From IMG/VR virus record IMGVR_UViG_3300013297_000003: a stretch of DNA of 20,000 nucleotides. One strand, 5' to 3'. The translations under genes were made by a program, and so were the position numbers. The number at the start of each line of letters is the position of its first letter. The first letter of the stretch is position 1. Shown here in pieces: positions 1 to 7,626 of this stretch. The notes beneath the pieces were generated by a model that ran no database searches, had not been told where the DNA came from, and worked only from the letters and a program-made list of their open reading frames with translations. The DNA comes from an uncultured virus (IMG/VR IMGVR_UViG_3300013297_000003) (lineage: Duplodnaviria; Heunggongvirae; Uroviricota; Caudoviricetes).

Positions 1-12
1 GAGCCTCTGACC

Positions 13-222
13 ATGCTGCACCCGCACCAAAACCCCGCCGTCTACTTCCTGATGGTCATGGTGATCATCAACCTGGCGGCGGTCTTTGTCTTCGACTACT
101 ACGCTTGGCGTTCCGAGATGGGCAGGGACGCCACCATCAGCGCCACGCTCAGCCGCCTGGCGCACGAGTGGCCGATCATCCCCCTGGGCGTCGGCCTGTT
201 TCTTGGCCATTTATTCTGGTGA
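13..222 (+). CDS. small membrane protein (2 hydrophobic segments), hypothetical
   Basis: 69-aa ORF with GC3-rich codons. Hydrophobic stretches AVYFLMVMVIINLAAVFVF and PIIPLGVGLFLGHLFW. The next gene starts 3 nt after the stop. Confidence 0.7.
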   Translation: MLHPHQNPAVYFLMVMVIINLAAVFVFDYYAWRSEMGRDATISATLSRLAHEWPIIPLGVGLFLGHLFW

Positions 223-225
223 AAA

Positions 226-420
226 ATGGACGATTGCACCGTTTACGAGTACCGCTCTCTTTCCAAGATCGTGCCCTTTCGGCGCGGCATGGAGGAGTTC
301 CTGGCCGAGCTGGATGGCATCATGAACACGGGCGGCTGGGAACTGGACGTGTTCGAGGTCCATCCTGGCCTCTTGCGCATCAGGTGGTTCGTCGTGGCCG
401 TCTTGCGGAGGCCGAAATAG
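226..420 (+). CDS. hypothetical protein
   Basis: 64-aa ORF tightly coupled to the upstream gene, with matching codon usage. Confidence 0.65.
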   Translation: MDDCTVYEYRSLSKIVPFRRGMEEFLAELDGIMNTGGWELDVFEVHPGLLRIRWFVVAVLRRPK

Positions 421-436
421 CCAATGGAAATTCTCA

Positions 437-1144
437 TTATTCGACATGGTTCCAAGACTGGCGATTGATGACTTTAGAGATGGTGGATTGAGGTACAGAA
501 AATTCTTTGGCGAGGTTGTACTGATAGATGCCACCAGAGGCGTAACGACGGCGAATTTCAATAACCTTGGCTTCATTTAGTTTGGCATTATGGCAGCTTT
601 CTCCCTTTTTCTGGCGTCCCTTTTTTGTCTTGTCTGCCATATTGGTGGCTTGATCTCCAATAAACAGATGAGCTGGGTTAACGCACGCAGAATTGTCGCA
701 AGCATGGAGAACGTGAGATTTGGTCATGCCATTTGCAATTTTCCAGGAAAGTCTGTGGGCAGCAATTTGTTTGCGGTTGGAGCCGATTCTTCCGTATCCG
801 TTTCCATCAAAAAATCCAGTCCATACCCAACATGGACCGAGTTCTGGGCAATGAGGTGGGATAGGCCCGTTTTTGTTTACATTTGCCCAAAACCTGTCTT
901 CAGTGGTTTCTGGACCATGAGCAGCGAAACATCCGCGAGAACAGAAAATGCCTCGTCCCACTTTGACGTTAAATTGATACGCAAGGAATGTTTTTCCACA
1001 ACGAAGACAAGTTCTGTCTACTTGGCGGCGAGGCGCAAAGTAACAATCCTGACTGCAATATTTGGAGGATTTTTTGGACGGGAAAGCGAAAAACTCTTTG
1101 CCGCATTGCTGACAGGTCAGCTTTATTTTCGTGTAGGTTTTCAT
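437..1144 (-). CDS. HNH endonuclease (phage HNH_3-type) with N-terminal zinc-finger repeats and C-terminal HTH; probable free-standing homing endonuclease
   Basis: CWVWTG..GYGRI..AHRLSW..VLHACDNSACVNPAHL..GDQATNMAD nuclease core. Two CxxC...[YF]CSxxC repeats at the N-terminus. C-terminal AKLNEAKVIEIR..LAKEFSVPQSTISKV HTH. AT-richer than and opposite in orientation to its neighbours. ATG at 1144 preferred over GTG at 1147. Confidence 0.9.
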   Translation of the reverse strand: MKTYTKIKLTCQQCGKEFFAFPSKKSSKYCSQDCYFAPRRQVDRTCLRCGKTFLAYQFNVKVGRGIFCSRGCFAAHGPETTEDRFWANVNKNGPIPPHCPELGPCWVWTGFFDGNGYGRIGSNRKQIAAHRLSWKIANGMTKSHVLHACDNSACVNPAHLFIGDQATNMADKTKKGRQKKGESCHNAKLNEAKVIEIRRRYASGGIYQYNLAKEFSVPQSTISKVINRQSWNHVE

Positions 1145-1150
1145 CACTAA

Positions 1151-1179
1151 ATTTTACAAAGGTAAAACCTCTGTGTCAA
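1151..1179 (-). promoter_or_regulatory. sigma70-type promoter for the HNH gene
   Basis: TTGACA (1179-1174), 17-nt spacer, TAAAAT (1156-1151) on the - strand. The predicted +1 falls at about the ATG at 1144. Confidence 0.75.
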
Positions 1180-1568
1180 TTCTTTTGATTATAAGTATTT
1201 TGGTCGGAATCATCGGCATCTGGCAGCGTTGCGTGCTTATGCGTGGCGTCACCGTCCTCTGGGCTATGCGCCATCCGACCGAGAAGCAGAGGAAGCAACT
1301 GACAGACCTCATTGCCGAGAAGGAAAAGGAAGTTGATTACGAGTCCAACGCCATGTACTTGGCCATCGAGGCTGACAAGGACAGCATCATCCGCGCGAAG
1401 GCCCAACAGATGCTCGACGCCGCCCAGGCCGCTGGCTGCAAGGCTCCGTCAGAGCCGAGCTGCATCGCCCTCTTCTGGGGCATGGCCACGACGCTGACAC
1501 TCAAGGACGTGCGCGGCATGATTGCCGAGTGCAACAAAGCGCAAAAGGCCAAGGCCAAGAAGAAATGA
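1173..1568 (+). CDS. hypothetical protein with N-terminal hydrophobic anchor
   Basis: 131-aa ORF with GC3-rich body; its stop overlaps the next ATG (ATGA at 1565-1568). The start codon is uncertain. Confidence 0.7.
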   Translation: MSILLIISILVGIIGIWQRCVLMRGVTVLWAMRHPTEKQRKQLTDLIAEKEKEVDYESNAMYLAIEADKDSIIRAKAQQMLDAAQAAGCKAPSEPSCIALFWGMATTLTLKDVRGMIAECNKAQKAKAKKK

Positions 1569-1702
1569 TCCTTCTCTCCCTATGTGGCATTCGCTGCATC
1601 TGGTGCGGAACGTGGTGGCCACTGTGGGGCCGTCCCAGCGTGACCAAGGAAAACAGACGGGCGTGCAAGCACTGCGGACGCAACGTATTCACCTTCTGGT
1701 GA
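1565..1702 (+). CDS. small zinc-ribbon-like protein (45 aa; not in ORF track)
   Basis: Translated by hand: MILLSLCGIRCIWCGTWWPLWGRPSVTKENRRACKHCGRNVFTFW*. Two CxxCG motifs, ATGA overlap upstream, next ATG 3 nt after the stop. Confidence 0.65.
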   Translation: MILLSLCGIRCIWCGTWWPLWGRPSVTKENRRACKHCGRNVFTFW

Positions 1703-1705
1703 TTC

Positions 1706-1891
1706 ATGAACGACGACATCAGTTTGGCGACCACGCTACTGTGGCAGTTCACAGTGCTGCTTTGCGCTTTGATGATCCGGGCGCAAGGCAGTGACGACGA
1801 TGACGACGACATCAACCCCGACGGGGAGGAAGTGACTCATGGCCAAGAAGATGACAAAGAAGAAACCTGCGGTCAAGTCGAATCAGTCTGA
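1706..1891 (+). CDS. small membrane protein with acidic tail, hypothetical
   Basis: N-terminal hydrophobic segment followed by poly-Asp. Overlaps the next gene by 53 nt. Confidence 0.5.
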   Translation: MNDDISLATTLLWQFTVLLCALMIRAQGSDDDDDDINPDGEEVTHGQEDDKEETCGQVESV

Positions 1892-2240
1892 GCTGGCCCA
1901 GCCGCTGCCGGACACGCTCAACAAGATCGCGGACACCATCCAGTTTTCCATCGAGGAACTGGACCCGCACGCCGTGGATTTCGTCGAGGCGCTGGGGGCG
2001 ACCAGCGACTTGGAGCTAATGGCCATCTTGGCGTTCCTCAAGATCAAGCGGCCCGACTCGACATTGACGCTGGACAAGATGAAAGTGATCCGCGACAAGG
2101 GTAAGGAGGTGATCGGCGCTGGGCACCTCTTGGTCGAGAATGGCGACGCCCAGAAGTACGAAGACGGCACTCGCCGCGTGGCCAGCAAGCCCAGTTGGTG
2201 CTGGGCGCTGGAGAAGCTGCTATTCAAGGGGCAGGAATGA
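1839..2240 (+). CDS. hypothetical protein
   Basis: 133-aa ORF with GGAGG upstream and an ATGA overlap with the next gene. Confidence 0.8.
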   Translation: MAKKMTKKKPAVKSNQSELAQPLPDTLNKIADTIQFSIEELDPHAVDFVEALGATSDLELMAILAFLKIKRPDSTLTLDKMKVIRDKGKEVIGAGHLLVENGDAQKYEDGTRRVASKPSWCWALEKLLFKGQE

Positions 2241-2455
2241 AAAACCTCCTCTTGGGCCTCTGGGTGGTCTTTTTCTCTTTCACAGTGCTCACCGGGAGCA
2301 TCTGGTTTGTGTTCCAGGGGACGCTGATCGGCGCTTTGGGCATTGTCGTGGGGCTGTGGTGGATCGTGGATTGGGCGCTGGAATGGAAGGGCAAGAAGAC
2401 CAAAACAATCACCCGTCCCAAGCCGCCAGATTGGGTGCCTGGCGAATACCCATGA
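2237..2455 (+). CDS. small two-TM membrane protein (holin-like topology possible)
   Basis: MKNLLLGLWVVFFSFTVLTGSIWFVFQGTLIGALGIVVGLWWIVDWAL followed by a basic tail. ATGA overlaps at both ends. Confidence 0.7.
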   Translation: MKNLLLGLWVVFFSFTVLTGSIWFVFQGTLIGALGIVVGLWWIVDWALEWKGKKTKTITRPKPPDWVPGEYP

Positions 2456-3060
2456 AATATGAAGACATCAGACCGACGATCCAAACGGGAGACATCGTAC
2501 TTTCGTCGGGCAACAGCACGTTCGCCGGCCTGCTCAAGAACGTCTACGGCCACAAACTGGACCACGCGGCCATTGCCATTTGGGGAGAGCATCTCGGCAA
2601 GGAACCAGGCAGGCTCTATGTTTGGGAGGCCGTGAGCCTGGGCGTCGGCGACAAGGACTTCGCAGAAGCCTGCGCTACGCCCAACGTCGATTTCTTATCG
2701 AGGGTCATTAGTCCCGGCGCTGGTGATGTCATGATCCGGCATTTGTATGCCGAGAGGACGCCGGAAATCTTGGTCAAGATCAAACTGCACTGCGACCTCA
2801 GCCGTGGCTTGCCTTACAAGCGCTCAACGCTGGCCCTCTTGCGTGCCGTGCCCTGGGTCAGGTTTTTGCCCTTCGTCCCAAAAGATGAGGATTTGGCTTC
2901 GCAGTTTTGTTACGAGGCGGCGGCCAGCCTCCTTCAGTCGGCGGGGTGGCTCAGTAGGGTCAAGCCGGCTGACTACTATTCGATTCTGGATTTCGTGGGC
3001 GCGTATATGCCCCTCGTGGGCTGCACCCTGAGCGACCTGATCCCAGTAGAATTTCCTTAA
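2452..3060 (+). CDS. permuted papain-like NlpC/P60 (YiiX/YebB-like) amidase/acyltransferase
   Basis: N-terminal IQTGDIVL..G and DHAAI (His), YVWEA, GLPY, C-terminal FCYEAAASLLQSAG (Cys). His precedes Cys, as in permuted papain-like enzymes. Start at ATG 2452 (ATGA overlap). Confidence 0.8.
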   Translation: MKYEDIRPTIQTGDIVLSSGNSTFAGLLKNVYGHKLDHAAIAIWGEHLGKEPGRLYVWEAVSLGVGDKDFAEACATPNVDFLSRVISPGAGDVMIRHLYAERTPEILVKIKLHCDLSRGLPYKRSTLALLRAVPWVRFLPFVPKDEDLASQFCYEAAASLLQSAGWLSRVKPADYYSILDFVGAYMPLVGCTLSDLIPVEFP

Positions 3061-3078
3061 CCCTTTTAGGAGCTTCTC

Positions 3079-3237
3079 ATGCCTGAAATGACCGCTGCGG
3101 AACAGTCCGCCGCCTGGACCACCATCTTGGACTTTCTCAGGGAAGCCTGGGCCTGGGCGCAGGTTCACCTGCCTGACTTGGTGGCGCTGATCGCTCTTTT
3201 GCGCAGGTTATTGACACCAACCCCAGTTCCGGCGTAG
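3079..3237 (+). CDS. small amphipathic/hydrophobic protein (52 aa; not in ORF track)
   Basis: AGGAG at 3068-3072. Translation: MPEMTAAEQSAAWTTILDFLREAWAWAQVHLPDLVALIALLRRLLTPTPVPA*. Confidence 0.7.
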   Translation: MPEMTAAEQSAAWTTILDFLREAWAWAQVHLPDLVALIALLRRLLTPTPVPA

Positions 3238-3317
3238 AAGTGGGGCTGAAGCTGCCTCGCTCCGACTGAGAGAGAGGATGATGACTTCTCCGGGGCAGCA
3301 TTTTTCGAGTCGCCATC

Positions 3318-3530
3318 ATGTCCGAGCCAGTGCAAAGCGTGCTCACGCATCAAGAGCTTCGTAAAAGAAAAATCCAACACGGAGGCATGCACAGACCGAC
3401 CTGGGCTGTCCTGGAGATCGAGGGTCGTTGGTTTGCTGCGCACGAGTGTCCCTCTGCACAAGCCGTGGAGATATTTATAAGAAAGCAGATTGATCCCAAA
3501 AAGGTCGTCTACGATTTGGACGACGAGTAG
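3318..3530 (+). CDS. hypothetical protein
   Basis: 70-aa ORF followed by a terminator-like hairpin. Confidence 0.6.
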   Translation: MSEPVQSVLTHQELRKRKIQHGGMHRPTWAVLEIEGRWFAAHECPSAQAVEIFIRKQIDPKKVVYDLDDE

Positions 3531-3546
3531 TTCACGCTCCTTGGGT

Positions 3547-3587
3547 TCCCGCTGACCGATGGGGTAGCTCGGCAGCGGGATTTTATT
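3547..3587 (+). terminator. putative intrinsic terminator
   Basis: TCCCGCTG-A-CCGA...TCGG-CAGCGGGA stem followed by TTTTATT, just downstream of the stop at 3530. Confidence 0.55.
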
Positions 3588-3815
3588 ACTGAGCCAGTGA
3601 TGATGCGGTGAGTAATCCGGCTATAACTGGCCTTTGGGGCTGGCTGCGGTTGCGGCTGCTTGTGGCAGGGGATGGCCGTGGCCAGTCCTTTTGAGTTGCT
3701 CGTGGAAATGACTGCTTGGTAGGCTCATAAAAGGCTGGCAGGGTCTCGCAAAGCTCCTGCCAGCCCTCAAATCTCAAGACGTGGACAAGTATACAAGGCT
3801 TGCTGCGTCGGTTCC

Positions 3816-4355
3816 ATGGGAAAATCACCCAAGTTGCCCTTTTGCCAATGGACTGGACAAAACCACTCCAAGGGAAAACCCTGTAACTGCCGGAAGTTTA
3901 CCGAGCGGCAGTTCTTGGCCCTCATGGCCCTGTCTTACGATTCCCCTGCCGATTGTAGTTGCAAGAAGGAACCTCCCAGGCCCGCTTGCACCATTGGGCT
4001 ACGGCCTTGCTCGGAGAGGGTGGCCACGGGCACTTGCGACTGTCCCCATGTGGTCCCGGCCTGCGCCTGCATCTTGGCCAAAGACCCCGACAACGACGTG
4101 TGGCTCTGCGTGGTGGAAGCCTTCCCGGAGATTTATAACCCCGACCTGGAGGTGCCAGAGCCTGACGTGGCCATCAGGAAGGAAGAGCGGGTGGCCCTCT
4201 ACTCCTTGCGCGTCCAGGCCCATCAGCAGCTTTTCAGCCCCGACGATGTAGTCAAAATCCCAGAGGGGGTCCACGTCACCAGCGAGACCTTAAAGAACGG
4301 CCATATCTCCATCTCCCAGATGACCAGCCGCATCACCTACGAGGAACTGAAATGA
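3816..4355 (+). CDS. Cys-rich hypothetical protein
   Basis: 179 aa with 12 Cys, including four CxC motifs. ATGA overlap with the next gene. Confidence 0.75.
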   Translation: MGKSPKLPFCQWTGQNHSKGKPCNCRKFTERQFLALMALSYDSPADCSCKKEPPRPACTIGLRPCSERVATGTCDCPHVVPACACILAKDPDNDVWLCVVEAFPEIYNPDLEVPEPDVAIRKEERVALYSLRVQAHQQLFSPDDVVKIPEGVHVTSETLKNGHISISQMTSRITYEELK

Positions 4356-4960
4356 ACCGCCTCAGTGCCACGCTAACGAGCGCTGAAGAGGAAGACCTGT
4401 CCAGACTCGAAAAAGTGGTCCGACGAAGCCTGGGACAGTTTATGGAGGTTGGCGCTGCCCTCCTGGAGATCAGGGAGAGAAAGCTATTCCGGGAGACACA
4501 CGAATCCTTTGAAGATTACGCTGCCGAAAGGTTTGGCATTAGTGAGCGGCATGCCAACCGGCTCATTGCTGCTGCGGAGGTTGTCGAGAATACGGGGGGA
4601 CCAAATTGGTCTCCCGTCGATAAAGAGTCACAGGCCAGGGAGTTAAGTCAATTTACGCCGGAGTTTCAGAAGAAGGTGGTGGCTCAGCTCAAGGGGCCGT
4701 CTTCGGCCACGGTGATTAGCGAGGCTGCGCTGGACCTTGGCAAGAAGATGTTCTCCAACTTACAGCCCCAGGACAAGGCGGCCATTGCCAAGTGCTCGTC
4801 CAAGAGGCTTACCAGCCAGGCCAGGGCGGTCAACCGTAAGATGCTGATTAACAACCTCATCCAGTCGATTGAGAAGATCAAGAAGCGGTCGAGGAGGCTA
4901 GGGAGCCAAGATTTGATTGACAACCTCGATATGGCCATTACGGTGCTGCGGTCTCTTTAA
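4352..4960 (+). CDS. DUF3102-like phage DNA-binding protein
   Basis: FMEVGAALLEIRERKLFRETHESFEDYAAERFGISERHANRLIAAAEV and ESQAREL motifs, typical of this phage helical domain. No methyltransferase domain is attached. Confidence 0.75.
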   Translation: MNRLSATLTSAEEEDLSRLEKVVRRSLGQFMEVGAALLEIRERKLFRETHESFEDYAAERFGISERHANRLIAAAEVVENTGGPNWSPVDKESQARELSQFTPEFQKKVVAQLKGPSSATVISEAALDLGKKMFSNLQPQDKAAIAKCSSKRLTSQARAVNRKMLINNLIQSIEKIKKRSRRLGSQDLIDNLDMAITVLRSL

Positions 4961-5096
4961 TAGGCTTTTTGAGAAAAGAGCAAAGATACGCTTCCACCGC
5001 TTGGTGGCTGCCCAACTTCACGAGTAGGTCAGCGAGAATATTGAGGATGGGCTTGTCTGACATCACAATGGCAAAGAGTTCTTGCTCTTGGGTCAT
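4938..5096 (-). CDS. hypothetical protein (52 aa; not in ORF track)
   Basis: MTQEQELFAIVMSDKPILNILADLLVKLGSHQAVEAYLCSFLKKPIKETAAP*. ATGA overlap with the upstream gene inside the 22-bp junction repeat; converges on the + strand block. Confidence 0.6.
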   Translation of the reverse strand: MTQEQELFAIVMSDKPILNILADLLVKLGSHQAVEAYLCSFLKKPIKETAAP

Positions 5097-5284
5097 GGCG
5101 TTTGGCCTTTCTCTGCAATAAACTTCCGTAGCCGGTCAGCAAGTCGCTTTGGAAGCTTGATGAAATTCCAGCACGTCTCGCCGTCCCGCTCGACGCCGAT
5201 TTGCAGGAGCAAACCGCCGCCGCGCTGATTATCGACGAGCAACTCGTCGCCTTTGCTGACGATGCGCAGGTCATGGTCGTTCAT
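5093..5284 (-). CDS. hypothetical protein
   Basis: MNDHDLRIVSKGDELL...EKGQTP*. Start placed at ATG 5284 (ATGA overlap). Confidence 0.7.
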   Translation of the reverse strand: MNDHDLRIVSKGDELLVDNQRGGGLLLQIGVERDGETCWNFIKLPKRLADRLRKFIAEKGQTP

Positions 5285-5302
5285 GGCGTTTGGCCTTTCT
5301 CT
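5093..5302. repeat. 22-bp perfect direct repeat at consecutive gene junctions (5093-5114 and 5281-5302)
   Basis: TCATGGCGTTTGGCCTTTCTCT occurs twice. On the - strand it reads AGAGAAAGGCCAAACGCCATGA, covering EKGQTP*, an RBS-like element and the ATGA overlap. Confidence 0.95.
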
Positions 5303-5649
5303 ACGTGTTCTCGAAACCATTCGTCCGCTTTAATCACAGCGTCAAACGGGTTATCGGCAAAGCGATCAGCTTCCGCCGACATAAGCCCGTCGTCGCCTCT
5401 CACGAACCACGATCCGTCTGGATAGGGCACGACGTACCATCTGCGCTTTACCATGATGGCCCAAGCATTGTGCTCGTCGGCAACGAGCTTCACCGCCGCA
5501 TCGCGTTCATCCGCCAACGGCCAGCGGCGGATGGCTTCGTATAGAGCGTCGATGTCGGCGATGCTCAGTCCATGCAGGCTGCCGTTGGGGTCGCACTCCG
5601 TTAGCTCTTGCAGCCGCTTGAGCATGTCGAGGGGTGGTTCTGGGGTCAT
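5281..5649 (-). CDS. hypothetical phage protein; paralogue of 8897-9259
   Basis: AAGGAG RBS upstream of ATG 5649. Shares LSIAD, NA..(M)xRxW and FAD-PF.A...AD.W..E..E with 8897-9259. Confidence 0.75.
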   Translation of the reverse strand: MTPEPPLDMLKRLQELTECDPNGSLHGLSIADIDALYEAIRRWPLADERDAAVKLVADEHNAWAIMVKRRWYVVPYPDGSWFVRGDDGLMSAEADRFADNPFDAVIKADEWFREHVEKGQTP

Positions 5650-5951
5650 GGGTTCTCCTTGGCATAACGGATGGCTGCTGTAGAGGTTGGAAACTTGCCC
5701 AGGCAGGCTAGGCGTCCACAGGTGGAGTCCCGGTAAACGCCCCACTCTGAGCCATCCAGGCAGATAAAGTATTGGCCCACACGGCACAGGGCTGCCTCAC
5801 GGAGGCTCTTATAGCCCTCCAGACGGGACGCACGGGCCATCTGGAGTTTTTCCTTGAAGTTCAGTTTGTAGCTCTTCTTGGGGATCATGGGAGGCTTTGG
5901 AAAGGATGCCAGCCGGGACTCCTTGAGTTGCCCGGCTGGCTGACCTCGCAA
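5646..5951 (-). CDS. hypothetical protein (start may be ATG 5888)
   Basis: Fills the gap between genes and overlaps the downstream ATG. Confidence 0.6.
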   Translation of the reverse strand: MRGQPAGQLKESRLASFPKPPMIPKKSYKLNFKEKLQMARASRLEGYKSLREAALCRVGQYFICLDGSEWGVYRDSTCGRLACLGKFPTSTAAIRYAKENP

Positions 5952-5953
5952 GT

Positions 5954-6529
5954 CTACGCGGTCACAAGTTCTTTCTTCTTGTCATACTCTTTCATGGCCA
6001 GATCGGCAGCCTTACGGAGGCCGGCACAGACCCGTTTCTTGCCTGCCTCCCGCTGCTCATCAATCTTCTCTTGAGTGTCGCCTGGGTAGTATCTATCGCC
6101 TATCTGGTACTTGTTTTCGTTGTCGTTCCAGCCGGCAATGACGTTCTCCAGGTTGTGGCCCGATAGATCGGCACCACAGCCATCGACCTCTCCGAGCCGG
6201 TCCAGGGCCTTGACCAGGAGGTATTCCGCCTCGACCATCTCAAAGTGGAGCTTCTTGGCCTTGGCGCGTTCCTCCGCCTCCCCTGGATCATCGTCAACAT
6301 CACAATCAATTCCGTAGGCGTCCAGGTCGGGAAACTTCTCGCTCTGGTAATCGTCGGCGGTTATGGCTTTTCCTGTGATCGCGTAGCTAATGGCTCCGAT
6401 GGCGCAGAAGGAGCCGTTCTTCTCCAAGTCGCCGTTGACCCAGCCGGATTTCTCCAGCCGGTCCGCTGCCCTCCGTAAGTTCTTGGCAGCTCGTTTCCAG
6501 TTGATCTTCTTCTTGTCAAAGACGTTCAT
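5954..6529 (-). CDS. DUF6197-like phage protein
   Basis: LRRAADRLEKSGW..G....GSFCAIGAI..A ... WND ... LRKAA pattern. RBS AAGGAG and ATGA overlap. Confidence 0.7.
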   Translation of the reverse strand: MNVFDKKKINWKRAAKNLRRAADRLEKSGWVNGDLEKNGSFCAIGAISYAITGKAITADDYQSEKFPDLDAYGIDCDVDDDPGEAEERAKAKKLHFEMVEAEYLLVKALDRLGEVDGCGADLSGHNLENVIAGWNDNENKYQIGDRYYPGDTQEKIDEQREAGKKRVCAGLRKAADLAMKEYDKKKELVTA

Positions 6530-6831
6530 CGAGACTCTCCTTTGGGGGTTTTGGATAGCGTGATCGTGATGCCCGTGGGCAGGATGCTCCGGGTGGTGCC
6601 TCGGAGGCTGATCTTGCCCTTCTTGGCTAGGGCTTTTAGGTGGACGTAGGCCCCGTTGGGGTTCTTGAAACCGAAGTGGCTCTGGAGGTCGCGGACGCTG
6701 GCGGGGATGCCGCTGGCCAGTCGGGCGGTGATCACCCGGAGAACGTCCGCTTGCCTTGGGGTTAAGCCCTTAAGCTCCAGAAGGTGATCGAACGCCTTGC
6801 TGACCGCTCTGGCAATCCCTGTGGATTTCAC
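6526..6831 (-). CDS. LexA-type winged-helix DNA-binding protein lacking the peptidase domain
   Basis: LTPRQADVLRVI..GIPASVRDLQSHFGFKNPNGAYVHLKALAKKGKI..RGTTRSI closely resembles the LexA N-terminal domain. Only 101 aa, with no S24 domain. Confidence 0.85.
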   Translation of the reverse strand: MKSTGIARAVSKAFDHLLELKGLTPRQADVLRVITARLASGIPASVRDLQSHFGFKNPNGAYVHLKALAKKGKISLRGTTRSILPTGITITLSKTPKGESR

Positions 6832-7049
6832 GTGGCTCTCTCCTTGGAGATGAGTCGGTAAAGTCGCTGCTGAAGCCTGCCAAGCACGATAGCGGCCATT
6901 TCGGTGGAGGTGAGGTCGTGCGTCAAAACCAATTGATGGAGTAGGTTGTCAAAATCCACCGAGGCGGACCGCATGATTCTCTCCCTGGGATGCTCGGTCG
7001 GCAGCGGCCCCATCTCCCAGGCCAACCTCTGTATTTCTTCGTTGCTCAT
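6828..7049 (-). CDS. hypothetical protein
   Basis: 73-aa ORF with a GTGA overlap downstream. Confidence 0.65.
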   Translation of the reverse strand: MSNEEIQRLAWEMGPLPTEHPRERIMRSASVDFDNLLHQLVLTHDLTSTEMAAIVLGRLQQRLYRLISKERAT

Positions 7050-7620
7050 GGCTTTTTCTTTCTCTTCTTAGGAGATGGTAGGTGCAGCAGCTTCCCACCG
7101 CCATCTATCTTCTTTTCCTATGAGGAGAGAAGGTGTGGTGGTAGAGGCTGCTGCAAACAATTTAGTGGGTCAAGCTAGTCGTATGCCTGCGGAGTCAGTT
7201 GGCCTTATGCCAGGTTTTTTTACTGATGGCTCTGGTGGACCAGGACGTAGCTGCGCATGCCGGATCGACTACCGGCCCGTTGCCTGGGAAAACCACAAAG
7301 GGAAACCTGTTTCAGCACCGACTAAATCCTCCCGCTCAAGGAATCCGCACCAGGCGAGGTTGTAAGCCTGGGACTCTACGTGCTCCGCTTTTTCGCCGGC
7401 GAGCGGTGCATCGAAACATAAACCGTCCTGTGGCTTTTTGCCACAGGGAGAACCCACTAATCCTCAGTGGTGTTCCTTGGGAGTTGTTTTCGGAGTTGCC
7501 AACAGAGGTGCTTCTGGATATGCTTTCTTCTGTTGGCACGTTTTTTGGGCAGCAGTTTTCTTTTCCGAGAGCTGCTGCCCAAGTCATTTCCACAGATTTG
7601 AATATATCTTTGTCACCGTT
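7050..7620 (+). other. long structured non-coding region (candidate replication origin or ncRNA)
   Basis: No credible ORF. At least seven stems or nested stems, with G-U pairs consistently on the + strand (see findings). Confidence 0.55.
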
Positions 7621-7626
7621 GCAAGA

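Noticed and set aside
2140..2451. N-terminal extension of the 306-aa ORF 2140-3060
   Set aside because: It overlaps two better-supported genes; the real start is probably ATG 2452.
7223..7252. Hammerhead-like core CTGATGG-stem-CGTAG
   Set aside because: The invariant CUGANGA and GAAA residues are not matched, and there are no convincing stems I and III.
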